Positions 27,187 to 40,049 are shown, counted from the stretch's first letter. The stretch: 64,000 nucleotides of DNA from Paraphysomonas bandaiensis (GCA_965644295.1 CBFFRP010000287.1:1-64000); one strand, 5' to 3'. Program-made: numbers and translations. The notes: a model not told the origin generated them from the letters alone.

Positions 27187-27580
27187 GTTCATGTAATCCT
27201 GTTTACAACTCCTGTATTCTGAACAAGTTAAAATACACTTTTAATCGCATACAAACAGCAATACTCAACGTAGGCAAAATATATAGTAGTTTCACATCAG
27301 GCTAGATTTATTTGCGAGAGAGAAATAATGGCAGATTCTGCTGTGCAAGTGTACAACAATGACATATCAGTGTGACATAAATTGCATGTGTGATGATGCT
27401 GATATATTATTAGATTACATCAATTATAGTATATTTTAGTTGTAACCATAGATAACGCAACAGTTCGAAAACAAGATTCTGTGATTTATTGTTTGTATTA
27501 TGTAGCGGCCAACCCACGGAACCTTGATTATTGTCTTAAATAAAAAGCTCTTATTCTGACCCGTACTTGTGCTTTCAGGA

Positions 27581-29231
27581 TTAGGTTGCGCAGAATCTAC
27601 ATCGGTGCTTACATAAAGTCGTGATGGGGTTATCTTTTCTCAGCTCCTCCACAGTTCCATCTGTCACTCCAAACAACTGCCCAATCACAGCTCCAGTATT
27701 GCTTCGACTTCTTGTAACTTCGTCTGAATGCATGCTTGCGACATCAGATTCCAGAGAGAGAGCATATGGGGAAAGTTCCTGCTGGAGAATATCGGGAGTA
27801 GATACGTTATTCGAAGCACCCGACGGTGGTGGCATTATAGGCGGTTCGCTTGACAAAACACCAGAATCACACGAAGCACACAATCCCTTATCGCAGTGAA
27901 ACATTTCCCGTAGTTCCCTGGATGGAGATAGTAGGAGACAACCACGGGACTGGCCAGTTTCAGAGTCAATTGTATTCATCGCAGAATGTAGGGTTGCGAG
28001 TGGAACCCAATGGGGTGGGTACTGATAACATGCAACCATTGTATTGTTAGATATAACTGCAAGAGTATTTATACATATACAATAGCGATACACTGTCCGG
28101 TACTACATCTAAGAAATGTATTCAAAATTTATGGGCATTTGTTGGATAAGTATACAACCTAAAAGAACTACAACTGATTTCAAGAAGCACAATATAATGC
28201 CATCATAATACTGTATTGTCATTCCTGTAATTGCAAAAATAACATGTGTATCAGATGTTTACGCTACCACATGTAATAAAAACTACACAATACTTCGTTG
28301 AATGCTCCATTTCCACCCATACCTTAAATCTAGCAACGTCCATGATGAGTACCATATCTTTCTCTTTATGATACCCCGCTATTGGACTAAAATGCCCCGA
28401 TCCGGTTTGATTCAGCACAGCTCTTGAGTACGAAACAATTATAACACACCCATCCACACAATCAATATCTCGAGAGCAACAGCAGGATACGATGGACCGA
28501 AACTCTTCTACTGTCATTTCAGATCCACTCTTCACGACTGCCTGAGACTACAGTAAGTTTGATAGCATACACAGGACTGCGAATATACAACGCGACCTTT
28601 GTTCCGTTGCATCTCGCAAGACACGCTAGTTTAGCCATGGTGATACCTTTGGCTTTGACAATATCAAGTGGCTCACAGCAATCGAGCATTGAATCATCGT
28701 ACCACCTGCGTGATTGTGTATAATATATCGGCTTCCAAACGAAATGCAGAACAATGTTAATTGAAAGTATACAAAACGGGAAGTACCAATATACATGTCA
28801 TAAATATAAAGAGCTAAGCGAAGTAACCCATGCGTATATCAGTACATCATATTAGTGTTGAACACAACAAAAAAACAAAAATAACACCCAGTATTCTGAC
28901 CTCCATACACCTTGCCAAACTCTTTGAGGGTCCACAAGCAAAGCATTCAATGCCATTGTTAGAGACCCAATCCCACAAAATGCTGGGTGTTTCTGTGTCG
29001 TATATTGCTCAGCAAGGCGGAAATAAGATTCCATGGTTCCGTCCTGTAAAGCTTCAGTAAAAAACACCCGCCCTTCCTATATCCAGTCAACACAATCAAA
29101 AGGGCACACATCATAGTAGTGCTTGATCCTAGTATTGTCCACATATACTCTATATAATTCAGTGCACCCACCTCCGAGCTGAATGCGACAGAAGGACTCA
29201 ACAACTCACGTCGATGAAAAGTTCCCTCCAT
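27581..29231 (-). CDS. PCS: Phytochelatin synthase (glutathione gamma-glutamylcysteinyltransferase), multi-exon
   Basis: [36 protein letters not shown] (catalytic Cys), [26 protein letters not shown] (His), IMDVARFK|YPPHWV (Asp), and a Cys-containing C-terminal tail. The start codon is uncertain. Confidence 0.93.
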
Positions 29232-29731
29232 TGCTCACTTACGAAATCGATTCTGGTTCGTACCTTGGCACAGGATATTTTATTGAAGGGCAACTAGCAA
29301 GCAGTGATGATGACGCCCTGGTTTGAATACATTAATTTTAAAGTATAGAATTCTTTGGTGCTCTGATATTGCGGATACTGTGCTGCTGTAGGGAGAAACC
29401 CCAGATGTTGAACGGTCCATACGGAGATCAAATTAAATTGCTCCATTTTCTGTTTCCCACTGTCGGTCAAAACCATGTCATTTAATGGACTATTTTGTTA
29501 AAACCGCAATATTTCGATTGCTAGAATGAAAAAATGATAGAATTAAACATAGCAGACACTTTTTCACGATTATTTTCATGATTTTTAACCTTTCTCATCC
29601 CTTCTTGCATTGGTACATGCAGCAGTATCTGTGCGAGAACGCGAGAACCAAATGATGATTAATATCCTCCAGCCGCCTGGATTCCTGCACCTGCACCTCA
29701 CTTTACGCAATTTAGAATAAATTATTTAGCG

Positions 29732-32167
29732 ATGCCGAAATTGGACACTTTTAATTCGAAACATGCAAAACTTTCTGGAAGCAAAGATATCCGACTGACG
29801 CACATTGCGTTGTGTCTCTTTGGTATTATCATCACCTTGTACATATGGATTATATTTAAATTTGGAATTGTGACCTCGCCGTGGAATAAAACAAATGAAT
29901 CGAAAGGGAAAATACCAAGTAAATACTTTTATGTCACTCAGCCTAGCCATATTGATAATGGATTCGACAGTATCCGGAATGTGATGAGTTATGGTAGCGA
30001 CCGGAATGATACGACTGGATCATCAATCCAGGCCAATAGTGCATATAAACACGGGGATCTAAATAAAAGCGAAAGTGACAACTTGAGCGATGCGGTAACT
30101 GCAGTAGTTCAATGTAGCACTACCAAGGGAAATCTTACAGTGGACGTTCGAGGACATTGGGCGCCTGTTGGGTCTCAGCAGTTCCTGAAGCTAGTTACAA
30201 AAGGTCTTTTCACTGATCTTCCGTTTTTTCGAGTGTGCCCTCGATATATTTCTCAGTTTGGGGCGAAATATGGGTGGCATGAAAGCGTGGGTGGTATTTT
30301 TGACGACCCAAGTTTATGGGGCAAGCGGGATATGAACTTTGGATACTTATTCTTTGCGGTAGGTGAATGCGACTCGTTATTTCACCACTAGTGACACAAC
30401 ATAAAATTATCTGTTCCAGTTCGTATCATATATGATGTTATCAATGTGTTCTGATGAATCGGTAGGGAAGTGGAGAGCATTCCAGATGCTCACAAATGGT
30501 GGTTGCCCTGTGTGCCAAGGAAGGGTGCCGAACCACTGGACTAGGTATAGTTGTGATTTGTGCGTAACAAAAATCCTTGATAGCTGCCTCTCAACAATAG
30601 TCTGTACATGCTCAGTGGACAATATATATGCTTGAATTTATTGGTACACTATTAGGTAGGGCTAGCTGGGAAGTTCCTGTCGCCACAATTCGTCGAGATG
30701 GATTCGATGTTTTGGTTAATATCGAACGTTCTGGATTCCCGTACCCAAGACTGGAAATGCACGGACAGCATCCTAATGCGAGCGGTCCTAATCAAGCTCG
30801 CATTAATCGCGAGAAAGACTATTTAGGAAATTATTATCCTTATATGGAGTACTGGAAAGAATGTCACATCGTTGCGAAAGATATTGAGCAAAACAGGCCA
30901 TTATATTATGATCATCACGAGGAGCTATCTGTCGTAGAATTATCGAATGACCGAGTTTTATTGCCACATAACTCTAGAGCTCTAGATGGTCCAATCTATG
31001 TACAGCTTCTTATTGTGGTGAATGGCGATAATGATGGTGGGCCGAATGTCAATTTAGCCGAGAGTGTCATCATTGAGGTAGCTATGCCGTTTTTCCTATA
31101 GTGTACGCTGTGATGATAGAGACCTTGTGCCTATCTTGGCTTTCAAGATTATGTACTTGTCCGTGTATTCGGTTCAGCTCTTTTAAGTGTAGCATTTTCC
31201 TGTCCGTGATGTATGTTTTTCATTTTCATGACAAAGCTATCCAAACTAGGCGCTCCTCCTTACAATGTACATAGGTCTTGCCGGAGTGGGCTCCTATGGG
31301 CGCTCAGAGATTCATTGACCTTGTTGACTCACTATTTTACGATGACGCGAGGTTTTTTCGTGTTATTAAGGTATGCAGTACCAGTTTTGTATGGTTGCAC
31401 TGTGAAATGGTTCAGTGGATTTTAATGATGCAGTTATTATCATGCTTGAACCATACTATGTAGAACCACATGTATATTATATGTATGAATTTCTAAAGAT
31501 GTATTGCGTAGAATTCGACTCATAGTTATATAATTTCCTGTATGCCTATATCTAATGTGAGCGTGTGTTATCCGTGATTCGTCAGTGAGCAAGACCAAGG
31601 TAGACTGGTGTAATGATTTTATAGGGTTTCATGGCTCAGTTTGGCATTGCATCAACACCAGAGCGGTCTACATTCTGGAGACAAAAGCCGATTCCCGATG
31701 ATCCTGTTACGGGGACAAATGTTCGCGGCACTGTGTCATTTGCTATGGCGGGACCGAATACTAGAACTTCACAGGTAATGCATAAAGGGTGCAATTCGTA
31801 ATTGATGTGATATTGATTAACTATAATTGTCATTCTATCAGTTGTGTAGTTGTACATGGATGAATATTATTCGTGAAACATATCATTGTAGTATTGTCAG
31901 ATATTTATCAACTATGGTGACAACTCAAGGCTGGATCGAGAGGGTTTTGCTCCTTTTGGTCGTGTGATTGAAGGTATGGAAGTAGTTGATCGACTATTCC
32001 ACCGGTATGGAGAAGGAGGTAGGGGTGATGGATCAGATGGGAAAGGTCCTGCACAGGGAAGAATAAATAGGAGTGGTCAGCAGTATTTGGATAAGTATTT
32101 CCCGAAATTAAGCTATATTAGGTTTGCAAAAGTTATGGAAGGATATACTTTTCATAATATTCCGTAG
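29732..32167 (+). CDS. Membrane-anchored protein with two cyclophilin-type peptidyl-prolyl isomerase domains, multi-exon
   Basis: N-terminal TM ([18 protein letters not shown]). Domain 1: [18 protein letters not shown]...[13 protein letters not shown]. Domain 2: [11 protein letters not shown]...FFRVIK|GFMAQFG...[17 protein letters not shown]|[28 protein letters not shown]. Confidence 0.9.
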
Positions 32168-32317
32168 CTTACACTTCAATGTATTTTTGTAAGATACCAT
32201 CTACGGAACCTTCTACACCACGTTTACTTCAACGCTTAAATTTGTATGTATGCCAGTACCTGGCAGCGACTGTCCATAGTAATCAAGAACTGCCCTCAAG
32301 AGATATTATTGAATTAA

Positions 32318-32489
32318 CATCTGTTTGTCATAGAATAACCAGTCAATGGTATAACCACACAGCAGTAACTGAATTTACTTCTTTTTTGTAGCTATATTTA
32401 CCGTTACAGCTATGAGTTGGTTTCACCTACTGCACACTTTTAACTCACTTTAATTGCACAACATATTGATCATACAGCAGAACTCGACA
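32318..32489 (-). mobile_element. Old diverged LTR fragment of the 20649-24950 Copia family
   Basis: CAGTAACTGAATTTA...CCGTTACAGCTATGAGTTG...TAACTCACTTTAATTGCACAA...GCAGAACTCGACA aligns with 24770-24950 with many substitutions. Confidence 0.8.
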
Positions 32490-33885
32490 ACCATTGCAGT
32501 GGTATATATACTATATTGTGCGTCACCTTATCTGTGCATTTGACATATATTTGATACCTATTAGAAGCAGTTAAGATTGACTATAACACAAATAGTAATT
32601 GTTACAATTCATCCGGAAAATCCTACTGTGACTGTTTTATCGCGGCATTAGCAACTTGAAGGTTGCACTACAGACCAAGAAAACTAAAGTAATGGATTTC
32701 CAAATATATGAAACAGCCAGTGTCTTAGCATCTTTAGTGCATCCAACTGTAGATGACTACATACATGTCAGTGAGTGATATAAACGTGTATTACACATCC
32801 TGATTAATGCTACTACCGACCCTAGTGATGTAGACTTTATACCATTCTATGGAACTACAGTGTGTGACGCAGCACTTTAATCACCTCTCTCTGATGGTAT
32901 GAGAAACTGTTCAAGACACGAGGAACAAGAAAAAATACAGCTTTGCTTGGTTTTTATTTAATGTCGAAGCTATTGAATTTTAGCTTGAAACTTTCTCCGT
33001 ACTTATTAATTACTAAAGTGTGGGGAAAAAGTGAAAAAGTCAACAGTACTGCCATAAGTCGTCTAATAGCACAACGTAATTGTAACTTTAATGTTTCCAA
33101 AATATGGGTTTAAGGGCAACTGAGTTATATTATAAAAAAATGTCTTCGGAAGGTAATTGCCTTATGTAATACTATAGTGCATGATGTTTTACGGAGGTAC
33201 AGAGCTGAACCCAGTCTATCTAGTTTTATAATTATATTTTTTTTCTATATAAACTCTGAGAAATGCTATAAACTTTAGTTAAGCTTCAGTGTAAAACCTA
33301 GTCACAAATACTATTCTAACATATAGCTATGCATTTCAAAACAATAAGGTCGTAACAGAAAGATCAAACCAACGTAGCATAATATAGCTCAGATATATAT
33401 ATAGAGGACGACAACTTAAAATTCTTTGACCTAATTTTTGATATTCATACAGTAGTTGTTCTTCTGGATTCACGACGGCAGGATAGTAACTGTTGTAGCA
33501 AAAAAAGGGGTGATCTATTGAGCTACTATTGAGGCACAAGGATAGTTCGAACATGATGGTTCATAGATAGAAGTGTAGAATATGAGAAGTAGCTAGTAGT
33601 TTTAGTTAAGTAAAATGGATGAGTATTTATAGGTCATATATATAGAGCAGGAAAGCACTATTTTCATTAAATAAGTTCACAGTAGCGCATAGAGGATTAT
33701 GTTCGTTTATTTTGTAGAATAGTATCGGTTTATCAGATAATATCAAGGAGTTTATTCATGAGTATTTTCTCAAACGGTAATCGTGCTGTTAGTAGGTAAT
33801 GTCTTATTATTATTAGCAACAGGCGTTTGTTATTTAGCATTGCAATTTAACTAATTAGTTCTTAACTCTGATATCCTATTATTTT

Positions 33886-34320
33886 TAACGCTACAAATGC
33901 AGCTTGCGCGTCACCGCAAGCACCAGGTTCAACCACTTTCGCTCTGTATCACTCAAAGCAAAAAGCAAACGCAGTGAGCAAGCAGAATGTTAATATACCT
34001 GACAACTGCTGACTTCAGGATATTGAGTCCTTAAGGTGAACAGCCCGGATGCTTGACTTCAGCAGGCAGCCCAATTACCCGGATGCCTGTTTATTCGTCA
34101 AGGCCCAAAAAGGCGTCTACACAAGCGACACTTATCAGTGTCCCTCTTGTGCCACTTAAGCATTTGACTGTGAGTGGGCAGAACGTTATCTGCTTGCTAT
34201 ATATGCGGCTCACGTTAGTTTCCTAAAGAAATCTCTCCGGTACTTATCCCTCAGAACACCACGAAAAGGTGCCAGTTTGACTTTGCTGAGAGATATGGTA
34301 CGTATACTGGCACTGTAGTA
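33886..34320 (+). repeat. Most complete copy (~430 bp) of an unclassified dispersed repeat
   Basis: Collinear with the copies at 12034-12157, 12597-12871, 24960-25106, 54382-54720 and 63847-63928. Contains the hairpin AATATACCTGA...TCAGGATATT and a direct repeat of CCCGGATGC. Confidence 0.88.
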
Positions 34321-35037
34321 GCTGTGGAGCTGTTTCTATAATTACTGTATGTATGGTTAATAGATGGCGCAGATTATATTAGAGTTAGAGTATAGTAATT
34401 AAAATTAGTCCCAAGTGTTGTTTCAAAAAAGCGTTTTACTACTTCTCACCCAATATTTTCTGTGGAAGTTTGAAGACACGACTTTTAGTGTCACTGATGA
34501 TGATGCCCAAACCCCTGGTAGCATCAGCATAGTGCTCCTGCACAGGAAGAAATGCTGCCGAAACTAGGCGAAGCTGCTGATTTCATAGCTTAAAAGTTTA
34601 ACCTAAGATACAACATTTCGAGAATGATCTGAAAATTAGTCGCTGTAGATCTTAAAGGGTCAGTAAATGATCGCTATTACGAGTAATTCATCAAGAGTAG
34701 TGAAACTACTCGATTAGGGTTCGAGATTTTGTGAAGAAAGAAATCAAAACAACAATCATACAAAAAGTAAAAAATGCAGCCTTCTGAACTCTTTTTATAA
34801 ATATTAAACTACTATCGTTCCCCCTATTTTTGTAATTTAATTCGTGTTTTATATTTTATGCTACCAAACTCATCCCATGATGATGTACAGTTCACGTTAA
34901 AGAAAGAACTTTACTATATTTAAAAGGTTCTTATGTTCATCACATTTGAACGGAGCTAACTGAAAACATAAGATCAGCACATACTCACATTTCGCAATGT
35001 CGTTCTAAGTAGTGTACTGAACTGTGAAGTATCAACA

Positions 35038-36204
35038 TCATCGCCCACAGCAGGCTACACAATCACATTGAAAACCATACCTTTCCATTAAATCGTGACA
35101 TGTGTCACTTTCACTGCCTTTGTCTATATAACTAATACACACTTCCTCACCAGCTTTGATCGGACGCAGAGCTATAGACGCTACAAGCAACATTTCATTC
35201 GATTTGCTTTCCGCTGATAATTTGGAATGTGGAACCTGGCGCTTTTCGTTTAAAAGTAGGACACGTATAGTGGCATTAGGGTTACATGAATGATTAAATC
35301 TACACAAGACAGGAAATAGGGCACTGCAAGTAGCTCCACTAGCAGCTCCACTAGCAGCTCCATCTGGAGCAGTGTCCAAAAGATTTTGTAATACGCATAT
35401 CTCTTTCTGCTGTATTACAGCTTCTGTGAAGGCAAGCTGCAGTAATGACGGGTGAAGAATACCATGAGCATTCGAGGCACAAATACACCAGAACTTCATG
35501 TACCCAGTGGTAGATACAAAGCTATCAATCTTCGATATAATGTGATCGTCGAACATGCTGTCAACATTCGACAGAGTACCATTAACATCTAAACATCGCC
35601 GTAATAAAATAACGGCGTCCGTGGAAAGTCTAATAAATTCATGTGTAATACTATCATTCGCTGGCTGAGTCCCATTCATCACTACGGTATGCGAGTAGCT
35701 CTCTATCACTTCAACGATAGTGTTACCTAAGGAAACTGACTGCTCGTAAGCTGCAACGACTCTTGCTGCAGCCAAGCAAAAGAGTCGAAATCGTGAGCTG
35801 CTTCGCCACATGTTATGAGCTCGGAGTAGCGCCACACTCGGCGTGGCAACAGTACATAAATATTTATGAGAAGGGGAGAAACTTATATGACACTCTTCAG
35901 AACAATATGATTCTCCACAGTTATATGCACACGTCATAGTTCTTTTTGGAAAGAAGTTATGGAAATGATTATTACGAGTGTCGGAAGCTTCATCAACAGC
36001 ATCTTCACTGGATCGAAAGGAAATTGGCTGATTGCATCCGATACACATATTTAATGGACTCGAATCTGTGTCATGAGTCGGTGTCGAAAGAAAAGGGGAA
36101 TCTATGACTATAATCTCTGATATTTCAATATCTCTTTTCGAAATCACCCCAAGACCTTTATTACGGACAGGAACAACGTCAATTATATCCGACGAGTAAC
36201 GCAT
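35038..36204 (-). CDS. SET and MYND-like (SMYD-type) lysine methyltransferase
   Basis: NKGLGVISKRDI (SET N-part), CIGC...CAYNCGESYCSEEC...HKYLC (MYND-like), RFNHSCNPN, GEEVCISYI, post-SET YGFQCDCVAC. Confidence 0.9.
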   Translation of the reverse strand: MRYSSDIIDVVPVRNKGLGVISKRDIEISEIIVIDSPFLSTPTHDTDSSPLNMCIGCNQPISFRSSEDAVDEASDTRNNHFHNFFPKRTMTCAYNCGESYCSEECHISFSPSHKYLCTVATPSVALLRAHNMWRSSSRFRLFCLAAARVVAAYEQSVSLGNTIVEVIESYSHTVVMNGTQPANDSITHEFIRLSTDAVILLRRCLDVNGTLSNVDSMFDDHIISKIDSFVSTTGYMKFWCICASNAHGILHPSLLQLAFTEAVIQQKEICVLQNLLDTAPDGAASGAASGATCSALFPVLCRFNHSCNPNATIRVLLLNEKRQVPHSKLSAESKSNEMLLVASIALRPIKAGEEVCISYIDKGSESDTCHDLMERYGFQCDCVACCGR

Positions 36205-38426
36205 TGACTGAAGCTTGCTAAGACCATCCCTCCAAGACTATCGGCTGAACCGCAATATCCACATCTTGTCCCAAGCCAAGAAATAGTGCATGTAAAGTTT
36301 TCTTCTATCGTACGTCGTCCCACACTGCTGAGTTGACTGACTGCGGTAGCATTTTCTGTGTACTTTATGTATTCCGCTGTAGTCACCCTTCATAACTTCA
36401 TATATACAATGCGGGAGTACGTGAAATTCTGTCACACTCATGTATACCTTTCAGTTTGTGTCGGTTGTAGATTGGAATACGGTGTTGTATTATGTGAAGT
36501 GTGTATGTATCATATAACTCATCTCTTCATATGTTACTTTGAACTATCAACAGTGCCATGAGAGGAGGTGATATCTACACCAGAAACAGAAGAATATCTT
36601 CTTCACCGTCGTGTTTCTTTCAACCTCTGCTCTGAAGCGATCCAGGTTCTTGTATGCATGTGAGGGTGACTGTTAATAGAGCTACATACCCTCTCACATA
36701 CATACACATATACACCCCTTGAGACAGGCACACACGTACATACCCGCCGTAAAATAACAAATATTAGTTATATTATGGTGATAGCGTGCCACTTCACCTA
36801 TTCTTATTTCACGTATATTAAGGAAGGAGGATTTGGTTATTGTTTGCTTAACTGAGTGAACTACGTGCCCTCTTCTGATTGCCATGCACACGCGCTGGTA
36901 CACCACAGTGGCCAAGGTCTTCTGAATTAGTCACAGTACCTCTCTGTATTGCTTTATTTCCCTAATTTTCTGGAAACTACGAATATCTTGAAACTTGAAA
37001 ATAGACCCTAATATATATCTAACAGTGGTTTTCGTAGCTGGCTTATATACAATCAACTTTCTTAGTCAAAAATTTACATATATTTCAAGTGCAAATAATA
37101 TATATACTGTAGTAGACATACATACTGCATATATTATTACTACTTAGTATAATATTGAATAGTACTCACTTACCTCTACTACTAGAACATAGCCTACTAT
37201 AGAAACTACCATAACTGAAATTACCAACATCCTTACATTCCATTCCTAACTCCCGATACAATTCTTTCAAAGCACTTTCATATACTCTACAAAACTATTA
37301 GGATTCAGCTTACAAATACATGATGCTGGACTAGAAGGATGGCCTCACAATATGGCACCTCTGCAGTTTTTATTGACTAGTGACAGCTACTCTGGTTTTT
37401 ACTCTCAGTGTGTATAGTTCATATTCTCTCTATTATCTACAGTTCACTGATTATTTCATTGAGGGGGCGTATTAGGATTCAGTTTAATACAAGATTGGAA
37501 TCGCATTTCAGTACACTCCCATGCTCGTTTAAGAAAGAATTCTATTGTCTTTCTTGCACGTAGATGAGAATCATCCCTACCAGCTTTTGTCAAAGCTTGA
37601 AGTCCACATAAAAGCCGATATGGTTGGATCCCTTCTTGTCGATTACCAAAATGTCAGAGGTCCCACAAAGTCTTCACACTAATGCACTATAGCCTTTAAC
37701 ATGTAATGCACTGTAGAGGTCCTCCTGTCATTGGGTATATCATTTGGTCCATCTAATTTCTTCCGGTCGTTAGCTGTATTGCACTGAACCCCAAAGAACT
37801 CCATCACTCGGTCTTTGTTGGCAGAAATTATCAGCTTATCTTCATCATCCAACCATTCAGGATAATGAGAACAAAAGCACTACGCCATATGCCTCACTTT
37901 GCCAGTATACACTGCCTTTGTTTTGGCATGAATTAAGAGAATGAGAGACGTTCTTGAAGTCGATGAGGAGGAAGCTCGAGATGTAGCAGGAGAAGTATCA
38001 TCTGAGAGGACCCATTGTATTAAATACGACAAGATATTCAATGTAGGTTCGATATTAAAGTGAATATGGTTTCTACGCAGATCACATATATCATACAGAT
38101 ACAACCTTGTATCTTTTGCATACGATTTCTACGTAGAAATCTCCGGAATTCTACTGTATTCTACATAGAAATCTCCGGTATTCAGTATGCCATGATAATT
38201 TCACGTACGGTAAAAATCTGATATTCTGATATTTCAGTTTTATTTTGTTGATATTCCAGGCGTAGGTGAAACATAGTCACACGCTACCCAAAAAATACTG
38301 CCACAGTATTTCACCTACGGTGCATATATATTGATTTATTAATAAATTCGTCCTGTTGACAAGCTGCCTCTCAGCCATCTAATTGTACCACTCTCTCGAA
38401 ACAACACTATTTCCCATTATAGAAAT

Positions 38427-39269
38427 ATGAGAATGTCGAGAACAGCTCTAAATGTTTTAGCCCTATTAATTTTGAGCTCATGTAAACTGGTGTCAAGTTT
38501 CAGCCACCCTCAATTGTACCATAATCTTCTTGGACACACCGAAACCATGATGGCTGCAACCCCCTTGTCTGTGCCCCTCGTTGAGGAAATTCTGCATTCA
38601 TATGACGAAGACTTAGAGCTTGTTCCTCAAAACATTTCTGAACCTGGTTATCATCCCGTTCTGTTCATGTTCAATAACATGACCAACTTGAAAACCGTTC
38701 CCGTTGATATTCTCTTTGGGTTGTGTGATCAGTATTATGAGTATATTGTGATTATTCCTTACATAAAATCTTCTAAGAGTGATAAAGTTCGCTCTGTTTC
38801 AACTATACTCTATTTGAATAACGCGGTTGCCGTTGTTGGCGGAAATATGTTTTATGGCATGCCCAAAAAGTTCGAGGATGTAGAAATGAGTGAATTTACG
38901 TTCAAGGTTATGGACCACAAAACTTCACAAGAATTAATCAATATGGTATACAAAAAAGGAAAAGAGTCATTTACCAGCGATTATATGGAGAATTATGATA
39001 CCTACAACCTCATTGTATCTATTTTCCAACAAGAAGGCATTCAGCGATATCGGGATACATATCTATGCTACCATTTTGTTTTTGACTGGAATAATGCTGT
39101 TTTTTCTCAGGCTTCATATCAGTTTGAAACATCCGATGATGCAATCCCTGGAGTTGAATCTATTCATGTTGAATCTAATTCTTTTATGGTCGACGCGAAC
39201 AGTGTATATGGTTCATTCTATGTCGACGCGAACTGGTTAGTTACGCAGCCATTACAAACCTGTGAATGA
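38427..39269 (+). CDS. Secreted protein, possibly acetoacetate-decarboxylase-like fold, single exon
   Basis: 280-aa ORF with signal peptide (ALNVLALLILSSCKLVSS). LEL...GYHPV, YYEYIVIIPY and AVVGGNMFYGMPKK resemble the ADC-superfamily G-R-E-x-x-G-x-P-K region. The ORF is solid; the function is tentative. Confidence 0.6.
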   Translation: MRMSRTALNVLALLILSSCKLVSSFSHPQLYHNLLGHTETMMAATPLSVPLVEEILHSYDEDLELVPQNISEPGYHPVLFMFNNMTNLKTVPVDILFGLCDQYYEYIVIIPYIKSSKSDKVRSVSTILYLNNAVAVVGGNMFYGMPKKFEDVEMSEFTFKVMDHKTSQELINMVYKKGKESFTSDYMENYDTYNLIVSIFQQEGIQRYRDTYLCYHFVFDWNNAVFSQASYQFETSDDAIPGVESIHVESNSFMVDANSVYGSFYVDANWLVTQPLQTCE

Positions 39270-40049
39270 TGTTTTACAGTTTAAAACTTAAATTATATAT
39301 GGAGAGCACCAATTCAGTGTATTCTGTACTGACACTTGAACAGTAATTAATGGATCAAAAGTATTGTGAAACAACATTTATGTAACTACCAGTCATTTTT
39401 TCATAAGATATGAAATGCTCCCACTCAATTTACAACTCTAAATATAAAACAATATGAAATACACGGAAAATAGACAATTACTCGACATATTACTTACAAT
39501 TCATATTCTATCATAGTGGTGTCCCCTGATTGAGGGAATAGCGGAAGGGAAGTGGTACTCTAAAGTTTTTGTCAATCTTTAAAGCGCAATGGCTAAGTAG
39601 ACTACCTGCTTGGCAAGAGATATATTCATCATCCTAAGCAATGTGAGGTTTCATAAATAGTGTTGACGCAACTTTGAACTTAGAGTAACAAAATGTTGGA
39701 ATACGTATGGTTCTCTAAGATAGTACTGTAGAATACGTTAAATACAATGTGAAAAACAGTAATACGTAGTCAATAGTCAAAGGTGCTATATAGCTATAAC
39801 TGTGAAACTGAAGTATTATATCATGACGATTCAAGATACGGAAGTTGAGCAGTGGTTGACATGAACGAAATAATTTATCATGTTGTTGACATGTGTTACA
39901 TGACAACACACACAATTGTGTATACAATTATAATAAAGTAATCTGTCTAGTTTGACTAACTTAAACTTCTCTTACAACGATCTTAATCATCTGAAAATGG
40001 TCAATTGTCAATATGGTAGCGAATGCGGAGGAGAGAAGGAGGATAGAGC

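Noticed and set aside
29294-29476. 60-aa ORF upstream of PCS as an extra exon or uORF
   Set aside because: No splice path to the PCS frame or homology could be supported. The ATG at 29231 already precedes the conserved FHRR motif.
37500-38100. Coding-like decayed minus-strand sequence, possibly an effector or nuclease pseudogene
   Set aside because: Multiple stops and no motif I could assign with confidence.
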